NCBI GenBank assembly: GCA_016868855.1
Contig: VGFP01000002.1
Location: 223,210-287,209, forward strand
Length of the DNA stretch: 64,000 nt
Direction of reading: 5' to 3'
Source: Bacteroidota bacterium
GTDB taxonomy: Bacteria; Bacteroidota; Bacteroidia; Chitinophagales; Chitinophagaceae
Position 1 is the stretch's first letter; the number at the start of each line of letters is the position of its first letter. Positions 9,683 through 19,763 of this stretch are shown piece after piece. The notes under the pieces were generated by a model. It was not told where the DNA came from. It was given only the letters and a program-made list of their open reading frames with translations, and did no database searches. A program made the translations under genes and the position numbers.

Positions 9683-10210
9683 ATGGATGAGAAGGAAACA
9701 GTGCAACATCCCGAAAGCGAAAATCAACAAGAAAGCCCCGAGGCTCCTGTTGAGGAGTTGAACGAGCTAGACACCTTGAAAAAAGAGGTTGAAGAGCACA
9801 AGGAGAAGTTCATCAGGCTCTATGCAGAGTTCGACAACTTCAAGCGCAGAAATGCCAAAGAAAGGGTTGAATTGATCCAGACTGCAGGAAGAGAAGTAAT
9901 TCAATCCATGTTGGAAGTATTGGATGATTGTGAGCGTGCAGAAAAGCAAATGAACCAGAGTGAAGATTTGAAACTTATCAAAGAAGGAATTGGACTGGTA
10001 TTTAACAAGTTCAGAAACATTCTTCAGTCCAGGGGATTGAAAGAAATGAAATCAATCGGTGAGGCATTCAATCCTGATTTTCATGAGGCCATCACCGAAA
10101 TACCCGTTCCAGATGAAACAATGAAAGGCAAAATTGTTGACGAAGTTGAAAAGGGATACACCCTGAATGATAAAATTATCCGTTTCTCAAAAGTGGTGGT
10201 TGGAAAGTAA
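9683..10210 (+). CDS. grpE: nucleotide exchange factor GrpE
   Basis: RLYAEFDNFKRR, FNPDFHEAI, GYTLNDKIIRFSKVVV. Confidence 0.96.
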   Translation: MDEKETVQHPESENQQESPEAPVEELNELDTLKKEVEEHKEKFIRLYAEFDNFKRRNAKERVELIQTAGREVIQSMLEVLDDCERAEKQMNQSEDLKLIKEGIGLVFNKFRNILQSRGLKEMKSIGEAFNPDFHEAITEIPVPDETMKGKIVDEVEKGYTLNDKIIRFSKVVVGK

Positions 10211-10232
10211 ATCGCATCCCCAATAAAAAATT

Positions 10233-11390
10233 ATGGCGAAAAGAGATTATTACGAAGTATTAGGTGTTGCGAAATCTGCAAGTGCTGATGAAATCAAAAA
10301 GGCATACCGCAAGGTGGCCATGCAATATCATCCAGATAGGAATCCGGGTGACAAGGCTGCAGAGGAGAAGTTCAAGGAAGCTGCAGAAGCATATGAGGTG
10401 TTGAGCGATCAGGAAAAGAAAGCGAAGTATGATCGTTTTGGGCATGCGGGACTCAACAATCGCGGGGGATTTGGTGGCGGTCAGGGAATGAACATGGAAG
10501 ATATCTTCAGCAATTTTGGGGATATTTTCGGAGATGATATTTTTGGAAGTTTCTTTGGTGGCGGAGGTGCCCGTCAACGTGGTGGGAAGGCCCGTGGAAC
10601 AAGGGGAAGCAATCTTCGGATCAAATTAAAAATGAACTATGAGGAGATTGCTAAAGGTGCGAACAAAACCGTCAAAGTAAAAAAGTATACCAGCTGCACA
10701 ACCTGCAGCGGTTCAGGAGCTAAAGATAAAAATTCAGTACAAAATTGTTCCACCTGCAGTGGAACAGGACAAGTTAGAAAAGTAACCAGTACTTTTCTAG
10801 GTCAAATGCAAACCGTTGGAACCTGTCCCACTTGCAATGGCGAGGGTTCTACGATTACCAATAAATGTACTTCCTGTAAAGGTGAGGGAAGGGTATATAC
10901 AGAAGAGACCATCAACATCGATATTCCTGCAGGTGTGCAAGATGGTATGCAGTTGAGCTTGAGTGGAAAAGGAAATATCGGTGAGCGTGGCGGATCTTCA
11001 GGTGATTTGATTGTGCTGATTGAAGAGGAATCCCATCCCGAATTGCAGCGTGATAACTTGAATGTGATTTATGACATGCATGTGAGCATTCCAGATGCGA
11101 TTTTTGGATCCAATGTGGAAGTGCCGACCATTGATGGCAGAGCAAAAATCAAAATTCCACCAGGCACACAGAGTGGAAAAATTTTCAGACTCAAAGGAAA
11201 GGGTTTCCCTTCTATCAATTCATACGAAAGAGGGGATCAATTGATTCATGTAAATGTGTGGACTCCCCAAGAGCTCAGCAATGAGGAGAAAGAAATGATG
11301 GAAAAACTGAAGGATTCCAAAAATTTTCAACCACAGCCTGAAAAAAATGAAAAGAGTTTCTTCACCAAAGTGAAGGAAATGTTTGGCTAA
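10233..11390 (+). CDS. dnaJ: chaperone DnaJ
   Basis: J domain with HPD, G/F-rich region and four CxxCxGxG repeats. Confidence 0.98.
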   Translation: MAKRDYYEVLGVAKSASADEIKKAYRKVAMQYHPDRNPGDKAAEEKFKEAAEAYEVLSDQEKKAKYDRFGHAGLNNRGGFGGGQGMNMEDIFSNFGDIFGDDIFGSFFGGGGARQRGGKARGTRGSNLRIKLKMNYEEIAKGANKTVKVKKYTSCTTCSGSGAKDKNSVQNCSTCSGTGQVRKVTSTFLGQMQTVGTCPTCNGEGSTITNKCTSCKGEGRVYTEETINIDIPAGVQDGMQLSLSGKGNIGERGGSSGDLIVLIEEESHPELQRDNLNVIYDMHVSIPDAIFGSNVEVPTIDGRAKIKIPPGTQSGKIFRLKGKGFPSINSYERGDQLIHVNVWTPQELSNEEKEMMEKLKDSKNFQPQPEKNEKSFFTKVKEMFG

Positions 11391-11396
11391 GTGATA

Positions 11397-11930
11397 TCAG
11401 CACTCGAGTTGCATGATCTCTCCAAGGTTGCGTCCCAATCCATCATAATCCAGTCCATATCCAACCACAAAAAGGTTGGGAATTTCAAATCCCAGGTAAT
11501 CAATGTTGATGGGGTACACTGTTGCTTCTTTTTTGTGCAGCAAAGAACAAATTTTTAATGACGCCGGTTGATGATCCATGAGTTGTGGCAAAAATGCATG
11601 CAGGGTTTTGCCGGTATCAACAATGTCTTCAATCAGGATGATGTCCCTTCCGCTGAGGGTAGCTTCAAGACCGATGGCGGTAATAACATTTCCCGTCGAG
11701 TTCATTCCTTTGTACGAAGCAAGTTTGATAAAGCTGATAGATGCATCTATTTCAAGTTGCTTGAATAGATCAGCTGCAAACATGAAAGACCCATTCAAGA
11801 TGGCAATGCACAAGGGTGATTTTCCCTGATAGTCCTTATTGATTTGGGTGGCCATTCTAGATACGGCCTGTTGAATTTCTGTTGCCTTGAGATAAGGTAT
11901 GAATATTTTATCGTGGATCTTTTTTTTCAT
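11397..11930 (-). CDS. hpt: hypoxanthine phosphoribosyltransferase
   Basis: ILNGSFMFAADL, LIEDIVDTGKTL, FVVGYGLDY. Confidence 0.95.
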   Translation of the reverse strand: MKKKIHDKIFIPYLKATEIQQAVSRMATQINKDYQGKSPLCIAILNGSFMFAADLFKQLEIDASISFIKLASYKGMNSTGNVITAIGLEATLSGRDIILIEDIVDTGKTLHAFLPQLMDHQPASLKICSLLHKKEATVYPINIDYLGFEIPNLFVVGYGLDYDGLGRNLGEIMQLEC

Positions 11931-11988
11931 TTTTTGCGTGACTTCTTTTTGAATTTGATTTCTTTTTATTGGTTGATTTGACTGGCTG

Positions 11989-13002
11989 CTAATAGCTTGT
12001 TCCTTTTTTGGGTTTTAAAATCAGTTTTTGTCCAACTTTTGGCTTGCTGTTGGCCTTTAATTGATTGTATTGAAGCAAGCTGGAAAGTTTGATGCCTTCA
12101 TGCTGACTGATGTCTCTGAGTGACTCATTTCTTTTTACACGGTGGATGGATTTATTTCCTACTGATTTTTTAGGCTGGAGATAAATCAGTTCGCTTTTTT
12201 TCAAAACTGAAACTGACTTGGGAAGTTCATTGTATGCAAGAAGTTTGGGAAGTGCAATGTTATATTTTTTTGCTACTGCCAGCAATGAAGTCCCTTCAGG
12301 AGCATTGATAACCCTGATACTGTTGATCTTAAAAACATCCGCAGGGTAAGAGATTTTTCTGCTCGCAAATGAGGAGACTGGATTGGTATTTCCAGTAGAG
12401 GGGGTTAATCCATTCTTGGCAATTTCCTCTATGTAATCCGAAATATCATATTTATCCTGTTCTTCATCTTCTGCATAATCGTGTAGATTATTCAACTGGT
12501 ATTCTTCAATGAATTTGATCAAGGTTTCTGCGTAAATGGGATTGGTGGCATAACCAGCTTTTTTGAGTCCCCATGCCCAACCCTTGTAATCATCCTGGTC
12601 CAATTCAAACAAGGCAGCATAGCGGGGCTGCAGTTTTAAAAAATCAGAATGATCTTTGTAAGAGCTTACCGCATCTTTGTATTTCCTGAAACATTCTCCC
12701 TGGGCATCATCATCATGATATACTTTTGGTCCATCCCAGTTGGATTTGCACTTGATACCGAAGTGATTGTTGGATTCCAGCACCAATTTGCTTTTTCCAG
12801 CCTGTGTTTCTAAGATTCCTTGTGCAATTTTGATCGATGCCGGTACGCCCGTTCTAACCATTTCATTAATAGCAATGTCTGCATACTGGGTTATGTAGTT
12901 TACGATATCCTCATTCGGAAGATTCTGTGCTTTGACGTATGTTGAACTCGTCAAAAATAAACACAGATAAAAAATATATTTGATTGATAATTTTCTCATC
13001 AT
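11989..13002 (-). CDS. exported GH73 glucosaminidase with C-terminal LysM domains
   Basis: Signal peptide; PASIKIAQGILET, NNHFGIKC, FRKY, GYATNPIY; LysM-like C-terminal repeats. Confidence 0.9.
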   Translation of the reverse strand: MMRKLSIKYIFYLCLFLTSSTYVKAQNLPNEDIVNYITQYADIAINEMVRTGVPASIKIAQGILETQAGKSKLVLESNNHFGIKCKSNWDGPKVYHDDDAQGECFRKYKDAVSSYKDHSDFLKLQPRYAALFELDQDDYKGWAWGLKKAGYATNPIYAETLIKFIEEYQLNNLHDYAEDEEQDKYDISDYIEEIAKNGLTPSTGNTNPVSSFASRKISYPADVFKINSIRVINAPEGTSLLAVAKKYNIALPKLLAYNELPKSVSVLKKSELIYLQPKKSVGNKSIHRVKRNESLRDISQHEGIKLSSLLQYNQLKANSKPKVGQKLILKPKKGTSY

Positions 13003-13004
13003 GG

Positions 13005-13646
13005 TTAAAATAGTTTTTGAATAATCATGATACCATCTCTAACAGAAAGCATCACTTTGTCAACTCTTTCTTCTTTCTGGATATGTTCATTGAAACGCTG
13101 GATTGCCATTGCGCTCTTTCCTTTGATTGGTGCTTGCAGTACTTCACCGTGAAACAATACATTGTCAAACAGCATGAATATTCCAGGCTGTATCATATTA
13201 ATCAATGTATCATAATAATTGATGTAGCCGGTTTTTTCTGCATCCACAAAAATCAGATCCCATTTCTCCTTCAATTGGGGTATGATTTCATGTGCATTGC
13301 CGACATGCAAATGGATTTGTTGTTTAAAGGGACTTTTATCGAAAAATTGCTGTGCGATGCTTGCATCCTCTGATCGTAATTCTATTGTGTGAAGTACTCC
13401 CATTGGATCCAACCCTTCTGCCAAGCAGAGAGAACTGTATCCTGTGAGTGTTCCAATCTCCAGAATTCTTTTGGGTTTGATCATTCGGCTGACCATGGAG
13501 AGAAATTTTCCTTGGACAGGTCCGCTCAACATATGGGGTTCGGGATGATACTGATGGGTATAGTCGTGGATTTCCTGCAGCAGCACATTGGTCGCTGAGC
13601 TGTGCAGTTGCACATACTTTTCTGCCGCCGGGTTGATGATTTCCAT
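13005..13646 (-). CDS. cation-dependent O-methyltransferase (Methyltransf_3)
   Basis: ILEIGTLTGYS, FVDAEK, DNVLFHG, VRDGI. Start moved to ATG 13646, downstream of TACATTTG (13653-13660). Confidence 0.9.
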   Translation of the reverse strand: MEIINPAAEKYVQLHSSATNVLLQEIHDYTHQYHPEPHMLSGPVQGKFLSMVSRMIKPKRILEIGTLTGYSSLCLAEGLDPMGVLHTIELRSEDASIAQQFFDKSPFKQQIHLHVGNAHEIIPQLKEKWDLIFVDAEKTGYINYYDTLINMIQPGIFMLFDNVLFHGEVLQAPIKGKSAMAIQRFNEHIQKEERVDKVMLSVRDGIMIIQKLF

Positions 13647-13707
13647 TCGTGGCAAATGTACAAGCTTTGATGCTTTAGAAGTGGAGGCTTTTGTTAAAAA
13701 ACGAATC

Positions 13708-15210
13708 CTATGATGCTTTCTTTGAGTAGATCCAGAGTCCAACAAATGTCATGATGCCATTGATCAACAACATTTCAATTCCAATCTGATAGCCATTGAA
13801 AAGTGTTGCTGCATTCTTCCCCAAGATATAGGAGCATACAGGAGCAGCCAAACATATGATGGTGACGCCATATCCTTTATTGATCACTCTTTTTGTAAGT
13901 ATGCCAAATGCAAAAAGTCCCAGCAACGGTCCGTAGGTATATCCGGCCAGGTCAAGTATCACACCTATAATGGATTTATTGTTGATCCATTTAAAGAGCA
14001 ATATGCACAACAGAAATAAAATTGCAAAACTGAAGTGTACGGACATTCTTGTCTTTTTTTGTTGTTGCTCGTTTAGGTCTTTTCTTCTATGAATACCCAG
14101 TATATCAATACAAAATGATGAAGTCAGCGCAGTGAGTGCACCATCTGCACTGGGGAAAAGAGCAGATATTAACGCAATGATGAAGATTATACCCAAGGCC
14201 GGTGGCAAATGAAAAAGAGCAACGGTTGGAAACAAATCATCCCCAGTGATATTCTTGTTCTCAAAAAGAAATCCTGTCGAATCATATGCAGCACCTTTGT
14301 CAATCATGAAGAGATAGAGGAGTCCACCGAGCACCAAAAAAAGCAAATTGACGATCACCAACGTACCGGTGAATGTGAGTATATTTTTTTGTGAGTCCTG
14401 CATTCTTTTGACGCTGATATTTTTTTGCATCATCTCCTGATCCATGCCGGTCATGGTAATGGCAATGACCGCACCACCAATGATGTTTTTGAGGAAATAG
14501 GATTTGTGCAGGATGTTGGTATCAAAAATATGGAGGTATTGGTGATCGCGCATTCTTTGAAACGCATCGCCAATGCTTATATTCATTTGTGAGAGAATAT
14601 ATACAAGGCAGATGATCAGACCGAGAAGCATGCAAGTTGTTTGCAGGGTATCGGTGTATACGATGGTCTTCACGCCGCCTTTCCATGTATACAATAAAAT
14701 CATCATCAGAATGATGGCGGTTGTCAACACAAAGGGTACTCCCATTTGATCAAGTATAAAGATCTGCAGTACGTTGATCACAAGGAAAAGTCTTGCAGTC
14801 GCTCCAAACAATCTGGAGATGATAAAAAACAATGCACCTGTTTTGTAGCTTTCTTTGCTCAGTCTAATTTCAAGGTAATGGTAGATAGAGGTCAGGTTGA
14901 GTTTATAGTAGAGGGGAACCAATACAAAGGCAATTACCAGGTATCCAATGATGTATCCGAGAATGACCTGAAAGTATCCAAAAGCTCCATAACCGCCATT
15001 TACCATATTGCCAACTGTTCCAGGCACAGATACAAATGTTACACCGGACAAAGATGTTCCGATCATTCCAAATGCTACCAAAATCCAATTAGAATTGCGG
15101 TTTCCGATAAAAAATGTTTCATTGGTTGCATTTCTGGATGTGTATGCGGCAACTCCAAGGAGTATCAGAAAATATCCGATCACAAAAGAAAAAAGTAGAA
15201 TGGGCGACAT
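13708..15210 (-). CDS. sodium:solute symporter family transporter
   Basis: About 13 TM segments; GMIGTSLSGVTFVSVPG, GGVKTIVYTDTLQ, GMDQEMMQK, SADGALTAL. Confidence 0.92.
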   Translation of the reverse strand: MSPILLFSFVIGYFLILLGVAAYTSRNATNETFFIGNRNSNWILVAFGMIGTSLSGVTFVSVPGTVGNMVNGGYGAFGYFQVILGYIIGYLVIAFVLVPLYYKLNLTSIYHYLEIRLSKESYKTGALFFIISRLFGATARLFLVINVLQIFILDQMGVPFVLTTAIILMMILLYTWKGGVKTIVYTDTLQTTCMLLGLIICLVYILSQMNISIGDAFQRMRDHQYLHIFDTNILHKSYFLKNIIGGAVIAITMTGMDQEMMQKNISVKRMQDSQKNILTFTGTLVIVNLLFLVLGGLLYLFMIDKGAAYDSTGFLFENKNITGDDLFPTVALFHLPPALGIIFIIALISALFPSADGALTALTSSFCIDILGIHRRKDLNEQQQKKTRMSVHFSFAILFLLCILLFKWINNKSIIGVILDLAGYTYGPLLGLFAFGILTKRVINKGYGVTIICLAAPVCSYILGKNAATLFNGYQIGIEMLLINGIMTFVGLWIYSKKAS

Positions 15211-15350
15211 TTTACAGTAATATGCCGGCAAGATAACGTAAAACTAAAATCCTTTTACAGCGAGACAAGCAGTCAAATACATTTTTTTCTTGTTTTTTTC
15301 TTTCAATTTCTTTTCCGCCTCTTCATTGAATACTCCTAATTTTGAGATCT

Positions 15351-17006
15351 GTGTTGACCCGACTCTACATAAAAAATTTTGCGATTATCCAAGAGCTGGA
15401 GATTCAATTTCAGCGTGGATTGGTCATCATTACAGGTGAGACAGGGGCGGGCAAGAGTATACTCATGGGAGCATTGGGACTTGCATTGGGTGAAAGAGCA
15501 GATGCCTCCATGATGAAAGACAAGCAAACTAAGTCGGTCGTAGAAGCTGAATTCAAGGTCAAACAACAAAAGGAACTGCGTGAGTTTTTTACTGAACATG
15601 ACATGGATTGGGATGAAACAGTCGTTGTTCGAAGAGAAATTTTGTCAACTGGTAAATCAAGGGCCTTCATCAATGATACCCCTTCTGCACTTGCACAGGT
15701 ACAGCAATTGACATCACTTTTGGTGGATCTTCATCAGCAATTTGATACACTTGAGCTGAACAATAAACATTTCCAGCGATTGATTCTGGATGCCCGTGCC
15801 GGATGTTTGGATGAACTTTCCAGGTATCAGGAGAAATACCATCAACTCAAACAAATCGAATCTGCCATTTTTTCAATTCAGGAAAACATCCGAAAAGCAG
15901 AAGAGGAAAGATCATACAAAGAATTTTTGCTCAATGAATTGGATGAGTTGAATTGGAAGGAAAATGAAGAAAAGTCTATTACAGATGAATTGAATTTGCT
16001 TACGCATGCAGAGCAAATCAAACAATCGGTTGGAGCAGCGAGCTATCTGCTTGAGGAAGGAGAAAAACCCATGGTGGCTGAAATCAAATCCCTGATTTCA
16101 AAATTGCAATCACTCACAAAATACCACGCTTCTTTGGAGGAGATTGTGTCCAGACTGACTTCAGTCCACGTAGAGATGAAAGACATTGCCAATGAATTGT
16201 CCATCCTGTCCGACAAGGTCACAACAGACGAGAAGCGGCTGGAAGAGTTGAATGCGCGCATGTCAACCGCCCAGCGATTGGTTAAAAAACACGGATTGCT
16301 TTCGGCCGATGATTTGATACAGGTGCATCAATCATTGCAGCAGTCGCTTGCAGATTTTCAAGAAAATCAGTCCAATTTGGAGCAGCTGCAAAAGGAGTAT
16401 GCTGCATCGAGGAAAGAAGCCATGAATATAGCCAAGCAGTTGCAGCAAAAAAGATCCAAACAAATTCCACTCTTGGAAAAAGCAACAACTGAGCTGCTTT
16501 CCAGGGTTGGGATGCTGAATGCAATGTTTAAAGTGGGTATCAGCGAGACTGATTTATCGCAGCACGGTATTGATCAAATCGATTTTTTATTTGATGCCAA
16601 CAAAAGCGGAAAATTTGAAGCTCTGCACAAAGTTGCCAGTGGGGGTGAATTGAGTCGGTTGATGCTGACTCTGAAGTCACTCGTAGCCAAATCGCTTGAT
16701 ATGCCTACACTGATTTTTGATGAAATAGACAGTGGCATCAGCGGAGAGGCTGCCAAACAGGTGGGTATATTACTGGACGAATTATCTGAGAACCATCAAT
16801 TGATCAGTATTACCCATCAGCCACAAATTGCAGCAAAGGCTGATCAACATTTGTTTGTTTATAAATCTGAAAAAAACAATCTGATCACTACTGGTATCAA
16901 AGTGCTCAATGCTGATGAGCGTGTTCAAGCCATTGCTCAAATGTTATCTGGTGAGAATCCCAGTCAGCATGCCATTGCCAATGCACGTGAGATGATCAAA
17001 AGCTGA
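15351..17006 (+). CDS. recN: DNA repair protein RecN
   Basis: IKNFAII, TGETGAGKS, ASGGELSR, FDEIDSGISG, ITHQPQIAA. GTG start chosen 6 nt after TAATTTTG (15337-15344). Confidence 0.96.
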   Translation: MLTRLYIKNFAIIQELEIQFQRGLVIITGETGAGKSILMGALGLALGERADASMMKDKQTKSVVEAEFKVKQQKELREFFTEHDMDWDETVVVRREILSTGKSRAFINDTPSALAQVQQLTSLLVDLHQQFDTLELNNKHFQRLILDARAGCLDELSRYQEKYHQLKQIESAIFSIQENIRKAEEERSYKEFLLNELDELNWKENEEKSITDELNLLTHAEQIKQSVGAASYLLEEGEKPMVAEIKSLISKLQSLTKYHASLEEIVSRLTSVHVEMKDIANELSILSDKVTTDEKRLEELNARMSTAQRLVKKHGLLSADDLIQVHQSLQQSLADFQENQSNLEQLQKEYAASRKEAMNIAKQLQQKRSKQIPLLEKATTELLSRVGMLNAMFKVGISETDLSQHGIDQIDFLFDANKSGKFEALHKVASGGELSRLMLTLKSLVAKSLDMPTLIFDEIDSGISGEAAKQVGILLDELSENHQLISITHQPQIAAKADQHLFVYKSEKNNLITTGIKVLNADERVQAIAQMLSGENPSQHAIANAREMIKS

Positions 17007-17044
17007 TCATCCAAACTTCTTATCTTTGATCTAAATCTCTCATC

Positions 17045-17857
17045 ATGTCCAATCAACTTTTAAAAGGTAAAAAAGGAATCATTTTTGGAGCGCTGGATGA
17101 AAAGTCTATTGCATGGAAGACCGCTCTGGCTTGTCATGCCCAAGGAGCTGAGCTGGTACTTACCAATGCTCCTGTTGCCTTGAGAATGGGTGAAATCAAT
17201 AAATTGGCAGAAGCTGTCAAAGCCCCCGTTATTGGTGCTGATGTTGTGAACATGGATGATTTGAAAAATCTTTTCACTGAGTCCATGAAACATTTTGGAG
17301 GTAGAATTGATTTTATTCTTCATTCTATTGGAATGAGTTTGAACGTAAGAAAAGGAAAGCACTATACAGAAATCGATTACGGGTTCAATCAAAAGACACT
17401 TGATATTTCTGCCATGTCACTTCACCGCGTTTTGAGAACGGCATATGAAATGGACGCACTGAATGAGTGGGGGAGCGTGGTAGCACTTACATACATTGCT
17501 GCACAGCGTGTTTTCCCAGATTACAATGAAATGGCTGATGCCAAGGCGCTCTTGGAGAGCATCACCAGAAGTTTCGGGTATCATTATGGTATCAAAAAGA
17601 AGGTGCGCATCAACACCATCTCGCAGTCACCTACCAGAACTACTGCAGGAAGTGGCGTAAAGGGATTTGACGGATTCATTTCTTATGCAGAGAAAATGAG
17701 TCCCCTGGGAAATGCATCCGGTGAAGACTGTGCAAATTATTGTGTAACCATGTTCTCAGATATGACTAAGATGGTAACCATGCAAAATCTTTTCCATGAT
17801 GGAGGATTTTCTTTCACGGGGGTTACCAATGCAGTTATTGAGCAGATGGAAAAATAA
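17045..17857 (+). CDS. fabI: enoyl-ACP reductase
   Basis: GIIFGALDEKSIAW, HSIGMS, YNEMADAKALLES (Yx6K), VRINTISQSP; TATCTTTG at 17021-17028. Confidence 0.92.
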   Translation: MSNQLLKGKKGIIFGALDEKSIAWKTALACHAQGAELVLTNAPVALRMGEINKLAEAVKAPVIGADVVNMDDLKNLFTESMKHFGGRIDFILHSIGMSLNVRKGKHYTEIDYGFNQKTLDISAMSLHRVLRTAYEMDALNEWGSVVALTYIAAQRVFPDYNEMADAKALLESITRSFGYHYGIKKKVRINTISQSPTRTTAGSGVKGFDGFISYAEKMSPLGNASGEDCANYCVTMFSDMTKMVTMQNLFHDGGFSFTGVTNAVIEQMEK

Positions 17858-17865
17858 AGACAGCT

Positions 17866-18123
17866 ATGGAATGGATTGATTACTTGGGACTCGTTGGTGT
17901 TGTATCCGGATCTCTGACTTTTGTTCCTCAGGTTTACAAGGCATTGAAATCAAGATCAGTAGGTGATCTGTCCATATGGATGATCTTGATCCTCATTACC
18001 AATGTCATTATTTGGCTGGTATATGGAATTGTCAGAAATGATTTCCCTATGATCTTAGCAAATGCAGTGATCATGTCCCTGTCTCTGTTGATGTTGTATT
18101 TCAAATTGACTTTTAAAAAATAA
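17866..18123 (+). CDS. SemiSWEET/PQ-loop family transporter
   Basis: 85 aa with 3 TM segments; FVPQ, DLS, WLVYG, PMILAN. Confidence 0.88.
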   Translation: MEWIDYLGLVGVVSGSLTFVPQVYKALKSRSVGDLSIWMILILITNVIIWLVYGIVRNDFPMILANAVIMSLSLLMLYFKLTFKK

Positions 18124-18144
18124 AAAAGACCACATGGTGGTCTT
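18122..18144 (-). terminator. intrinsic terminator of the DUF2795 gene (possibly bidirectional)
   Basis: AAGACCAC-ATG-GTGGTCTT hairpin; the A run on its left reads as a U tract on the minus strand. Confidence 0.75.
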
Positions 18145-18149
18145 GTTGA

Positions 18150-18371
18150 TTAATATTCGTCTTCGTTGAAGAAGAAATCTTCCTGGCTTGGATAGTCCGG
18201 CCATATATCATCAATCCCCTCATAAATATCTCCCTCGTCTTCAAGTTCCTGAAGATTTTCGATGACTTCAATCGGTGCGCCGCTTCGGATGGAATAATCA
18301 ATCAACTCATCCTTTGTTGCAGGCCAAGGGGCATCTTCTAAATAAGAGGCCAATTCTAATGTCCAGAACAT
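18150..18371 (-). CDS. DUF2795 family small acidic protein
   Basis: MFWTLELASYLEDAPWPATKDELIDY...DFFFNEDEY, typical of Bacteroidota members; TACATTTG at 18393-18400. Confidence 0.9.
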   Translation of the reverse strand: MFWTLELASYLEDAPWPATKDELIDYSIRSGAPIEVIENLQELEDEGDIYEGIDDIWPDYPSQEDFFFNEDEY

Positions 18372-18483
18372 ATGCGCTTCTTTAAATTTCGGCAAATGTA
18401 ACGGTTAATTTGATATTTCCAACTCTTAAAATTTCAACAGAAATTAGTCCAATGAACTTAACTTCATGGCGATTTAACCACCT

Positions 18484-19137
18484 ATGCTCAGCGCAAAAGA
18501 TATTCATAAGTCATTCGGTTCCCTTCCGGTTTTGAGGGGAGTGGACATTGAGATTGCAAAAGGTGAAATTGTGAGCATTACAGGGTCATCAGGTGCAGGA
18601 AAAACTACGCTTTTGCATATTCTGGGAACATTGGAAAAGCCTGACAGGGGTGAATTGCATTTTGAAGGAGAGGCATTGCATCGTCTCAACAGCAAACAGC
18701 TCGCCCATTTCAGGAACCAACACATTGGATTTGTATTTCAATTCCATCATTTGCTCCCGGAGTTTACAGCAGTTGAAAATGTTTCCATACCCGGGTGGAT
18801 TGCCGGAAACAACAATAAGCAGGTTTTGCAAGACGCGACTGCTTTGCTAGATCGGTTGGGATTATCAGATAAACTGCATTCCAAACCCCATGAACTCTCA
18901 GGTGGAGAGCAGCAACGGGTTGTAGTAGCAAGGTCATTGATCAATAAACCTGGAATTGTTTTTGCCGATGAACCAACCGGCAACCTGGATTCGGCCAATG
19001 CAAGATCGCTTCACCAGTTGTTCCAACAACTGCGGGATGAATTGCAACAAACTTTTGTCATCGTAACACATAACGAGGAGCTAGCTGCACTCAGCAACCG
19101 TGTACTGCATCTGAAAGATGGAAGGTGGAATGTTTGA
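18484..19137 (+). CDS. ABC transporter ATP-binding protein, LolD-like
   Basis: GSSGAGKTT, GFVFQFHHLLPEF (LolD motif), [18 protein letters not shown]. Confidence 0.9.
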   Translation: MLSAKDIHKSFGSLPVLRGVDIEIAKGEIVSITGSSGAGKTTLLHILGTLEKPDRGELHFEGEALHRLNSKQLAHFRNQHIGFVFQFHHLLPEFTAVENVSIPGWIAGNNNKQVLQDATALLDRLGLSDKLHSKPHELSGGEQQRVVVARSLINKPGIVFADEPTGNLDSANARSLHQLFQQLRDELQQTFVIVTHNEELAALSNRVLHLKDGRWNV

Positions 19138-19698
19138 TCAAATGCGCGGATGCCATTTCTGTTCTTCAGCATTCAGCTTGAGTGCAACATACCTGCTCAT
19201 TACAAAAAGATAATCGCTCAGGCGATTGATGTATTTGACGATCAGATTTTCATGTTCTTCGTCCTGCAAGAGCAATTTTACAATCAGTCTTTCTGATCTT
19301 CTGCACACACATCTTGCGACATGGATATTGGATACGGTAGGGTGACCTCCGGGTAAAATGAAATATTGAAGAGGTGGGAGTTCTTCATCAAGGGTATCCA
19401 TTTCTTTTTCTAAAAAGAAAACATCTGCTTCTTTCAGATCGGGAATTTTCATTTTGGATTCCTTCTGAGGATCGCATGCCAGGGATGATCCAATAGTGAA
19501 AAGCCTGTCTTGTACTTCTTTCAGTGTTTGTTTGATTTCCTGTATGTCGATCAGATCACGGCATAATCCAATGTAAGCATTGAGCTCGTCAATTGTGCCG
19601 TAAGCCTCGATACGATCGTGTGATTTCAGCACTTTGGTGCCGCCAATCAAAGATGTAGTTCCTCTATCGCCTGTTTTGGTATATACTTTTGCTGCCAT
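19138..19698 (-). CDS. ATP:cob(I)alamin adenosyltransferase, PduO type
   Basis: KVYTKTGDRGTT, YGTIDELN, FILPGG, RCVCRRSER, NRLSDYLF. Confidence 0.93.
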   Translation of the reverse strand: MAAKVYTKTGDRGTTSLIGGTKVLKSHDRIEAYGTIDELNAYIGLCRDLIDIQEIKQTLKEVQDRLFTIGSSLACDPQKESKMKIPDLKEADVFFLEKEMDTLDEELPPLQYFILPGGHPTVSNIHVARCVCRRSERLIVKLLLQDEEHENLIVKYINRLSDYLFVMSRYVALKLNAEEQKWHPRI

Positions 19699-19763
19699 GA
19701 TCACAATTGCTTTCAAACATAATGTGATAAGGGATCAATTGTTCGGGTAGGCCCCAATTTTTT

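Noticed and set aside
11908-11991. Possible TAG read-through of the GH73-LysM gene into a Lys-rich tail (QPVKSTNKKKSNSKR...)
   Set aside because: The frame stays open for only 26 codons in A-rich sequence, which is expected by chance. TAG is a normal stop elsewhere and the LysM domain is complete before it.
15211-15350. tRNA, riboswitch or sRNA in the larger intergenic gaps (also 18372-18483, 20762-20884, 51932-52081, 62214-62297)
   Set aside because: They are short AT-rich divergent promoter regions with -7-like boxes; I found no cloverleaf, T-loop motif or convincing stem.
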